Source: Pedosphaera sp.
GTDB taxonomy: Bacteria; Verrucomicrobiota; Verrucomicrobiia; Limisphaerales; SIBH01
DNA: 13,793 nucleotides
Assembly: GCA_031414955.1 (NCBI GenBank)
Contig: JANOQV010000090.1
Span: forward strand, 1-13,793
Direction of reading: 5' to 3'
Numbering within the stretch: the stretch's first letter is position 1; each line of letters starts with the position of its first letter. The notes under the pieces were generated by a model. That model was given only the letters and a program-made list of their open reading frames with translations, was not told the DNA's origin and did no database searches. Below, piece after piece: positions 7,406-13,793 of the stretch. Position numbers and translations under genes: made by a program.

Positions 7406-8981
7406 CGTCGGCGTCTTCGAGGTTCATCGCCCTGACCTGAGACTCGATGTAGGCCTGTTCCTTCTTCGTGATGCCGTATTTCGCGTAAAGGTCTTCGTCC
7501 GTCCAAGTGCGGTCCCATGTCTGCATCGGCACCCAAACGTAAGTGGAGTGCGTCGCGTCTTGGGTAATCTTTCGCACCGAGACGAGGAATCGGAAAAATC
7601 GCGTCGTGTAATACGACTGGAGACTCTTGGCCGCCTTGAGTGAACCAACGTGAAAGAATAGGAACGACTGGGTGCAGACTGACGGCGATGGAGCAATTAA
7701 CGGCTTGCCCAAGATCTGATGAGGCACCGCATCTCCGCCATTGAACGCCTTCGGGACAAGAAGCTTCCAAGTGTCGATTAGGTGAGCACTCTTGGTTACT
7801 ACCTTTCTCTCGATGTAGCCCACGTCCCGCTTCATCGTGCGGATATAGTTAATCGGGACATCGCCTGAACGCTCCTTTTCGTGGAATCCGTCGAAGTTCG
7901 ATGTCCAGCCGAACTCCTTGTCGCGGGCGAGGATCGTGTTGATGGACGGTTCGCGATGAGCCAACACCTTGTGCAGAATCGTCACGGCACGCGCATCGCG
8001 GACGAAAACATCGTATTCGCCCAAGTTGCGTTTCACTGGGCCAACGATTTCACCTCCGCGAATTGTTGTCACATTGCAGTCGCCGTTATGGGAGGAGTCG
8101 CGAAGGAAATAGCAAACACCGGCTTTGACCTCAACGCCGGGAAACACGTCCGCAGCCGCCGGATAGTCCACCAGTTCACGCATCTTCCGGTCACCCAACA
8201 TCGTCTGGCGAAACTCACTGAGCCCGAGGCCGGAAGCCATCCAACGAGAGGGAATGACCATCGCGAGGTATCGCGGCTCAAGTGCTTTCGCCTGCTCGAC
8301 GAAGTTCTGATAAATCGGCACGTCGCGAGTGCCGCCGTCACTCGCCAATTGATACGGCGGATTTCCAATGATGACGTCGAATTGCATGTTGCCTCCAAAA
8401 ATCTCGGCGAGCCGAGTCTTGATGTTGTCGGTGTGAATGAACGCGTAGGCGTGGGTTTCCAGTCCCGCCGCCCGGTCGAAAACGGATTTGCCCGCGCCGC
8501 AATACTTGCACTTGTCGCCCTCCCAAGTGTGCTTGAGGCGCTGGAACCAGATGTTGCCATCGTCGCTGGCGAAGCCTTTGGCAATCGAGTGTTCGCCTTG
8601 GGCGTGCTTGGAGCAATACACGCTGCGCCGCGCGAGGAGGCTGGTGATTTGCGTGATGCCGATGCCAAACACCTGCTGGGTGAGGATGTGGTTCACGCGC
8701 TTTTTCAGGTTCGGAATCTCCTTTTCCAGTCCCTGCGTGAGTCGGCTGGTGATTTCGCGCAGGAACACGCCGGATTTCGTGCAGGGGTCGAGGAACTTCA
8801 CCGTCTTGTCGGTCCAGAGGTTTGCGCCTTTGTTGTTCGCCGCCCACGCCTCGGCCAGCGTGTCGAGCATCCGGTTGGCAAACTCCGGCGGCGTGAACAC
8901 CTCGTCGTTGGAGAGATTCGCGATGCACGTCAGCACGTCCGGGTTGCGCCCGCGCAGGGAGAATGGGACTTGGGCGGTCAT
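7398..8981 (-). CDS. N6-adenine DNA methyltransferase (gamma-type motif order, Eco57I-methylase-like) with C-terminal putative target-recognition region
   Basis: 527 aa. NDEVFTP (motif X), FLDPCTKSGVF (variant motif I), FDVIIGNPPY (motif IV), IYQNFV, MVIPSRW, VFPGVEV. Confidence 0.92.
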   Translation of the reverse strand: MTAQVPFSLRGRNPDVLTCIANLSNDEVFTPPEFANRMLDTLAEAWAANNKGANLWTDKTVKFLDPCTKSGVFLREITSRLTQGLEKEIPNLKKRVNHILTQQVFGIGITQITSLLARRSVYCSKHAQGEHSIAKGFASDDGNIWFQRLKHTWEGDKCKYCGAGKSVFDRAAGLETHAYAFIHTDNIKTRLAEIFGGNMQFDVIIGNPPYQLASDGGTRDVPIYQNFVEQAKALEPRYLAMVIPSRWMASGLGLSEFRQTMLGDRKMRELVDYPAAADVFPGVEVKAGVCYFLRDSSHNGDCNVTTIRGGEIVGPVKRNLGEYDVFVRDARAVTILHKVLAHREPSINTILARDKEFGWTSNFDGFHEKERSGDVPINYIRTMKRDVGYIERKVVTKSAHLIDTWKLLVPKAFNGGDAVPHQILGKPLIAPSPSVCTQSFLFFHVGSLKAAKSLQSYYTTRFFRFLVSVRKITQDATHSTYVWVPMQTWDRTWTDEDLYAKYGITKKEQAYIESQVRAMNLEDADDE

Positions 8982-9094
8982 GGCTTGGGCCGCCCTTTCA
9001 GGGCTGGGTGGTTGTCAAACGTCCGGTTCCCAGGGCGTTGCCCCTGGCTGGAGTTGAAGCGCGCCGTTGGCGCTGTGACGGAATCACTCATCGT
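8979..9094. repeat. REP module / 116-bp direct repeat, copy 1; encodes a 37-aa ORF at 9091-8978
   Basis: About 104/116 identical to 9657-9772 by manual alignment; contains the three hairpins. Confidence 0.92.
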
Positions 9095-9123
9095 CGCGAA
9101 TCCACCCCGATAAAAATCAGTTG

Positions 9124-9206
9124 CAGGCCAACGGCCTGACCCATGCCAGCCCAGGGCAACGCCCTGGGACAACGGGTTGGAAGGCCGCAAGCCCTGAAGG
9201 GGCGGC
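9124..9206. repeat. REP module in inverted orientation, abutting the RAYT stop codon
   Basis: CAGGCC-AAC-GGCCTG, CCCAGGGC-AAC-GCCCTGGG and GCCCT-GAA-GGGGC. Confidence 0.9.
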
Positions 9207-9659
9207 CTAGTCCCACACATACCGTTCATCAAACGCGACGCGATGGCGTTCCAAAAACGCCCGGTATTCCTCCTGAAACGATTTGACCCGATGATGCTCG
9301 CGTTGTCCGGCGATGTAATCGCGGACGGCTGGCACGTTGGATTCGCTGACGGCGAACGCCCCGTAACCCGCCTGCCACGCGAACCCAGCAAACTCTGCGC
9401 CTTGGGTTTTGATCCATTTGGACGAGGATTTTTTGACATCCTCCACCGCCTCGCTGACCGAAACGGTGCGGGCCAGTTCAAAAAGGATGTGAACGTGGTC
9501 TTCGACGGAGTTGATGAGCACGGGAGCGCAGCCAAGGTTTTGGAGCACGGTGGCCATGTAGGCGTGCAGGGAATCACGCACGGCGTCGGTGATGAGGCGT
9601 TCGCGATGTTTGGTGCTGAAGATGAGATGGACATGGAGACGCGCGAGAGATTGAGACAT
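9207..9659 (-). CDS. tnpA: IS200/IS605-superfamily Y1 HUH transposase, REP-associated tyrosine transposase (RAYT)-like
   Basis: 150 aa. HLIFSTKHR, EDHVH (HUH), KKSSSKW, FAWQAGYGAFAVS and DYIAGQ (catalytic Tyr). Flanked by inverted REP modules; no tnpB. Confidence 0.95.
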   Translation of the reverse strand: MSQSLARLHVHLIFSTKHRERLITDAVRDSLHAYMATVLQNLGCAPVLINSVEDHVHILFELARTVSVSEAVEDVKKSSSKWIKTQGAEFAGFAWQAGYGAFAVSESNVPAVRDYIAGQREHHRVKSFQEEYRAFLERHRVAFDERYVWD

Positions 9660-9772
9660 GGCGTGGGTCGCCCTTTCAGGGCTGGGTTGGTTTCAAACGT
9701 CCGGTTCCCAGGGCGTTGCCCTGGGCTGGTATTGAAGCGCGCCGTTGGCGCTGTGACGGGTCCACTCATCGT
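9657..9772. repeat. REP module / 116-bp direct repeat, copy 2
   Basis: Three hairpins; spans from the small MTase-like gene's stop to the RAYT start codon. Confidence 0.92.
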
Positions 9773-10434
9773 GGCAAAGGTTCATCGCTCATCGCGTTGG
9801 CTCCGGCGACAACGGCGGCCAGTTCACCCACGGTCATCGGCGGGTAGGTCTTAGCCGGTGTGAAAATCTCGTGCTTGCCGAGTTGCGCAAAGAGCGAGTC
9901 TTCGGCGCTGAAAGAGGAAGAAAGCGTCAGGGTGTCGAGCCGGAAGTCACGCCGCTGGAACTTGCCTTTGCCGAGGTAGCCCCACTCTGCAAAGAGAATG
10001 GCTGAGCCATCGGCACGACACATCTTCATGGCATCGCCGTGGATGAGATTTTGCGACAGCACGAAGAACGCGGCGCGATACAGGTCGTCCGACGGGGCGA
10101 GGTTCAGATACTCGGCGAAGATCGCCAACAGGTTCGCGCGGCACTCCGCAATATTGTCCGGCAGCAGCTCAATCCCATAGATGGACATGACCGCGAGCAG
10201 CGCGTAATGCCGCCGCTCGAAATCAGACTTGCCGTATTTGAGTTCCACGGCGGCGAGCTTGCGCCGCAAAACCGGCACGAGGAAATTGCCGTCCCCGCAC
10301 GCCGGCTCCAGAAAGCGCGAGTCAATGCGCTCGGTCTCGCCCTTCACGAGGTCGAGCATGGCCTCCACCATCCACGCGGGGGTGAAGACCTCCCCGTGAT
10401 CGGCGACTCGTTGTTTGGATTTTACCAAGCTCAT
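9766..10434 (-). CDS. Short SAM-binding DNA methyltransferase-like protein lacking catalytic motif IV
   Basis: 222 aa from MSLVKSKQRVADHGEVFTP. LEPACGDGNFL (motif I), IYGIEL and NLIHGDA are present; no (N/D)PP(Y/F). Alternative start at 10452. Confidence 0.88.
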   Translation of the reverse strand: MSLVKSKQRVADHGEVFTPAWMVEAMLDLVKGETERIDSRFLEPACGDGNFLVPVLRRKLAAVELKYGKSDFERRHYALLAVMSIYGIELLPDNIAECRANLLAIFAEYLNLAPSDDLYRAAFFVLSQNLIHGDAMKMCRADGSAILFAEWGYLGKGKFQRRDFRLDTLTLSSSFSAEDSLFAQLGKHEIFTPAKTYPPMTVGELAAVVAGANAMSDEPLPR

Positions 10435-10450
10435 GGGCAAATGCGGACGC

Positions 10451-10482
10451 ATCCTAGCGAATGGCTACGCGCGCGACAGCAA
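10451..10482 (-). promoter_or_regulatory. Possible sigma70-like promoter of the RM-like operon
   Basis: TAGGAT (-10-like) at 10456-10451 just upstream of the ATG at 10434; only weak -35 candidates. Confidence 0.2.
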
Positions 10483-10639
10483 AGAACGCGCTGGGTCGCG
10501 AGATTGCTTCCTGATGGTTCTATCCGCAGCATGAGACGAGGCGGGGATGCCAAGGAGTTTGGCGGTCACCAAGCGCGGCTTCCGGTGCGCGTGCGGACGT
10601 TTGTTGCCTCGTTCAAGGGGGCGCTCCCGAAAACTCGGG

Positions 10640-10715
10640 TTTCCCGCAGATTCGGGATTCCACAGATTATGACTCTCCTTCTGAACCATCTGCGGAGACC
10701 CGAATCTGTGGAAAA
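10640..10715. repeat. Inverted repeat built from CCRCAGAT units (family 2, copy 2); possible terminator-like hairpin
   Basis: 28-nt arms at 10640-10667 and 10688-10715 (23/28 complementary), about 60 nt downstream of the heme-protein stop. Confidence 0.82.
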
Positions 10716-10776
10716 TCATTTCGGGTTTCCGGGTGTCCTCATGTGTTTATCCAACCGAGGAATGTGAGGCTTTTGA

Positions 10777-13362
10777 TCATTCTTTTTCGAACGCCTTGTG
10801 CTGCGAGTTTCCGCCGGAGAGCAGATACGCCATCAGGTCCATCAACTCGTCGCGGTTCAGGCCCGAGATCATTTCCGAAGGCATGATGGATACTTGCGAG
10901 AACTCGATGGCTTCCACCTGATCCGCCGGAGCTTTGGTGATTTGGTTCAAATCAAATGGGTTCGAGGCCACGCCGACTTCCTGGTCATTCCGGAAAATGA
11001 GACGGCCATAGAGCGGGTCGCCGTCTTTGAGTTTTACGATGCTGGCCATGTATTGTTCGGAAATGGACGCGCTGGGTTCGCAGATGGCCACGAGAATGTC
11101 GCGGATGGAGTAGCGGCTGGCCAAGGAGCCGAGGTCGGGGCCGGAATGTCCGCCTTCGCCGCCGACGCGATGACAGGCGATGCACAGTCCGGCGGAAAAC
11201 ATCTTTTTGCCGTTCTCGAAATCCCTGCCGCGAAGGTCTGCTTCAAACAGCTTCATCGCGGTCTCGACCGTCCACGCTCCAGCCGGGCCCTTGGGCTTCG
11301 GCAGTTTGGAAAGATCGAAAGCGGGGAAATCACCCAGCAGCCCAACCATCAGCTCGACATCCTTCGTCTCAAGCTGGCCGATGGCATCCTTGCGAATCGC
11401 CCGAATGTAACCAGCGAAACTTTTGCCGCCGTCTTTTGCCAGGGCCTCGTTCAGCCAGCCAAAGAAGTATTTCCGGTCCTCAATCGTCCAGCCATTGCGC
11501 ACGCGCCGCAGGCAATACGCGTAGTGGATATTCCGCGTGTTCGGCGTGTTGGCCATCATCTTCAAAATGGCCCCGCCATACTCGTGACGCCCGAGCATTG
11601 CCTTGTCGTAGTCCACCGTCTCGGCGCGGGTGGCCTTCATCAGCCCGATGGTTTTTCGCACGACCGTGGGAGCGTCGAGCGAGGCGAGCACCCGGCACAG
11701 TTCGGCGTTCACGGTGTCGTCTTTCGCTGGAAAATGCGGATCGAGTTTCGCGATGACGGCCGCCGCCTTCTCCGCAGTGGGCTGACCCATCCGCATGAAA
11801 CAAAGCGCGTAGGCGCGGAGCAGCGCGAGCTGGTCTTCCTTCTCCAGTGAGCCAAAGGGAACTTCGCCGAGTTTGTCGAGCAGCCGCCCGGAGAGGGACT
11901 TGTCGCCGTGTCGGGCGAGCGCGATGGCGGCGTAAATCGTGCCTCGTGAATTTTTCTCCGCGAAGACCCTCCCGCGCCAGAGCGCTACGTCTTGGTTCTC
12001 GACGGCGATGCGCGCTGCGTAGCGGATGTGGCGGTCGGGGTGCGCGAGCTGCGGCCATGCTTTTTCCACTGCTTCCGCGCTTTCGCCGCGGACGTGGAAC
12101 TTCTCCAGCGAGTGGCGCAAAGCTCGGAGTTCGCTATTTGCCAGCAGCGCTCTCGGAGTCCCCGTTGTTGGGGCGCCGGTGTGGCGGATGCGATAAAGCC
12201 GCGACGCCGTCGTCCGTCCGCCGGTGACGAAATACATCGCGCCGTCGGGACCGAAGCGCATGGCCGCGATGTTCAGCGGGCTGCCGTGCAGAAACTCCGT
12301 CTTGGTGCCGGTGTAGCTGGAACCGCTCTCCTGCATCTCCACGGTGAAGATCGTGCCGAAGGTCCAATCGCAAACGAACAGCTTGTCTTGAAACTCCGTC
12401 GGGAACTTTGAGTGATGCCCGAAGCTGATGCCCGTTGGCGAACCCGGTCCCATATTGAGCACCGAGCCGAGGCTGTCGGCGAAATAGTCGCGCCACACGC
12501 CCGTGTTCGCGCGCCAGCCGAACTCCGCGCCGCTCGTGACGTGATTGATGCGCGTGGGCCGATACCACGGCGAGCCGACATCGAACTCCATGTCGGAATC
12601 ATAAGTGAAAAGCTCGCCCTCGCGATTCAGCGCGATGTCCACGGAGTTGCGGAAACCGGAGGCGATCATTTTCCAGTCCTGGCCATCAGGCGAAATCCGG
12701 CAAATCCAACCGCCCGGAGCCTTCAGCCCCACCGCGTGCCCCATCGGGTCGGGAATGACCGGGTGGAGCGTGTCCTCCTGCCACACCGGCGGCTGCGCGG
12801 AAGTCGCCCCCTTCGGCACGCGGGTGAAATTTCCGCTCACCAAATACAGCCCCTTGCCATCGGCAGTCGGAATGATGGAGTGCGCGGAGTGCTCGTAGCC
12901 CATGTCCAATTTTTGCAGCAGCGTGAATTCATCAAACTGGTCGTCCCCATCCGTGTCCCTGATGCGATAAAACCCGCGCATGTTCGCCATATAGAGACTG
13001 TCGAATGCGTAGAGAAAACCATACGCCCCGCCGACTTTGCGTTTCCCCCAATCCACCGGCTCATAAGGAAATCCCGGCAGGCTCTCAACCTTGATGGCCG
13101 CACCCTCGGCAGGCAGCGTCACGCGGAACGCCCCCTGGTCATCCTGATCGGAAACGATGAGGCGGCCCTTCGGGTCAAATGCCATCGCCACCCACGAGCC
13201 CTGAGATTTCGGCACCTCGTAAAGCAACTCAGCGTCGAATCCTTCCCGGAGCGAGATGCCCGTGTCCGCATCCAGAAGCAGCCGGGCGGAAGCGGGTGCG
13301 CCGCTCACGTTCAGCAGGACCGATGCGAGGCAGCAGAAAACAAGGGCGAGGGTATGCTTCAT
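10777..13362 (-). CDS. PVC-type putative membrane-bound dehydrogenase / heme-c-binding protein (beta-propeller, helical repeats, cytochrome c)
   Basis: Signal peptide MKHTLALVFCC...; GFRNSVDIALNREGELFTYDSDMEFD, FVCDWTFG and MRFGPDGAMYF propeller motifs; C-terminal CIACH heme motif followed by GPDL and ICEPSASISEQY. Alternative start at 13395. Confidence 0.88.
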   Translation of the reverse strand: MKHTLALVFCCLASVLLNVSGAPASARLLLDADTGISLREGFDAELLYEVPKSQGSWVAMAFDPKGRLIVSDQDDQGAFRVTLPAEGAAIKVESLPGFPYEPVDWGKRKVGGAYGFLYAFDSLYMANMRGFYRIRDTDGDDQFDEFTLLQKLDMGYEHSAHSIIPTADGKGLYLVSGNFTRVPKGATSAQPPVWQEDTLHPVIPDPMGHAVGLKAPGGWICRISPDGQDWKMIASGFRNSVDIALNREGELFTYDSDMEFDVGSPWYRPTRINHVTSGAEFGWRANTGVWRDYFADSLGSVLNMGPGSPTGISFGHHSKFPTEFQDKLFVCDWTFGTIFTVEMQESGSSYTGTKTEFLHGSPLNIAAMRFGPDGAMYFVTGGRTTASRLYRIRHTGAPTTGTPRALLANSELRALRHSLEKFHVRGESAEAVEKAWPQLAHPDRHIRYAARIAVENQDVALWRGRVFAEKNSRGTIYAAIALARHGDKSLSGRLLDKLGEVPFGSLEKEDQLALLRAYALCFMRMGQPTAEKAAAVIAKLDPHFPAKDDTVNAELCRVLASLDAPTVVRKTIGLMKATRAETVDYDKAMLGRHEYGGAILKMMANTPNTRNIHYAYCLRRVRNGWTIEDRKYFFGWLNEALAKDGGKSFAGYIRAIRKDAIGQLETKDVELMVGLLGDFPAFDLSKLPKPKGPAGAWTVETAMKLFEADLRGRDFENGKKMFSAGLCIACHRVGGEGGHSGPDLGSLASRYSIRDILVAICEPSASISEQYMASIVKLKDGDPLYGRLIFRNDQEVGVASNPFDLNQITKAPADQVEAIEFSQVSIMPSEMISGLNRDELMDLMAYLLSGGNSQHKAFEKE

Positions 13363-13445
13363 GGACTGCGTGTTACGACGTGTTGCTGCATTCATGGCTT
13401 GGAAACGGCGTTGGGCGAAAAGTTTAGCCCGTCAACGAACTCATT

Positions 13446-13793
13446 TCACCGTTCCTCAACCTTGATGTTGTTGGCCTTGAGCAGCGCCTTTGCATCTTCG
13501 ATGCGCCGTTTGCGATCCTCGGTTTGCAAGGCACGGATAAGCTCCCGGTTCTCCACGGCATCGAGGACATTGGGTGTCTTGGTTTTCTTGCCGGTGTAAA
13601 TCTCATACATGTCGGCGAGCGACCAAGTGTCGTTGCGCTGCGTGTCAAAGGGCAGCCCCGTGTTGTCGGTGGACTTGAGGTTCTCCAAGGGGTTCCGGGC
13701 CCAGGCATACCGGAAGTAGAGCGGCTCCGGAACCCATGGGCTGGTGAGCACAACCGCGCTGCGTTCCCAATTCGGGCTGCCTTTGCCGGCATT
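13446..13793 (-). CDS. C-terminal part of a sialate O-acetylesterase-like protein (5' end outside the window)
   Basis: VVLTSPWVPEPLYFRYAWARNPLENL...GLPFDTQRND resembles the RYAWxxNP..NL...GLP..FRTD tail of this family. Confidence 0.65.
   Translation of the reverse strand, partial: NAGKGSPNWERSAVVLTSPWVPEPLYFRYAWARNPLENLKSTDNTGLPFDTQRNDTWSLADMYEIYTGKKTKTPNVLDAVENRELIRALQTEDRKRRIEDAKALLKANNIKVEER

Noticed and set aside
5898..7407. Diversity-generating retroelement template/variable repeat pair
   Set aside because: Differences are not adenine-specific, the repeats are at the 5' end of the gene, and there is no reverse transcriptase in the window
9095..9206. IS605/IS607-type tnpB with omega RNA downstream of tnpA
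   Set aside because: No tnpB ORF; the downstream sequence is a REP module
8978..9769. 263-aa ORF as a genuine folded protein
   Set aside because: Low-complexity, Pro/Ser/Arg-rich alternative frame of RAYT plus REP sequence; kept only as a possible translational linker
7102..9772. CRISPR array interpretation of the palindromic repeats
   Set aside because: Mixed orientations, irregular spacing, ~90-nt composite units, no unique spacers of uniform length and no cas genes
5949..9772. Classical integron cassettes with attC sites
   Set aside because: No integron integrase, and no RYYYAAC...GTTRRRY-bounded attC structure seen at the junctions
5982..9794. Recurrent CGATGA(G/A) at junctions as a dedicated recombination core
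   Set aside because: Short motif largely explained by ATGA start/stop overlaps and common elsewhere in the coding sequence
1938..13599. Long plus-strand ORFs (1938-3320, 4316-6115, 5931-6782, 7881-9113, 10798-11850, 12412-13599)
   Set aside because: Antisense shadows of well-supported minus-strand genes in high-GC DNA, with no recognisable motifs

Overview
High-GC bacterial DNA, with gene content typical of PVC-superphylum (Verrucomicrobia/Planctomycetes) carbohydrate loci (inference). All credible genes are on the minus strand. The host-like genes are a sialate O-acetylesterase-like C-terminus, a heme-c PVC-type dehydrogenase-like protein, a DUF4832 protein and a frameshifted sulfatase. They are interrupted by a ~7 kb co-oriented restriction-modification-like operon: a short MTase-like protein lacking motif IV, an N6-adenine MTase with NPPY, and a GIY-YIG-like nuclease/SF2 helicase. 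Both internal gene junctions of this operon carry inserts. At junction 1, a REP-associated HUH tyrosine transposase (RAYT/TnpA) sits among three-hairpin REP modules and between 116-bp direct repeats. At junction 2, an inverted REP doublet and a rhuM gene are interleaved with three copies of the helicase gene's 5' end (91 bp, 38 bp exact, and the intact gene). The inserts keep an unbroken chain of overlapping or closely spaced ORFs, which suggests a RAYT/REP-linked, non-polar gene-cassette system in a defence operon. Two other small repeat families occur in the intergenic regions.
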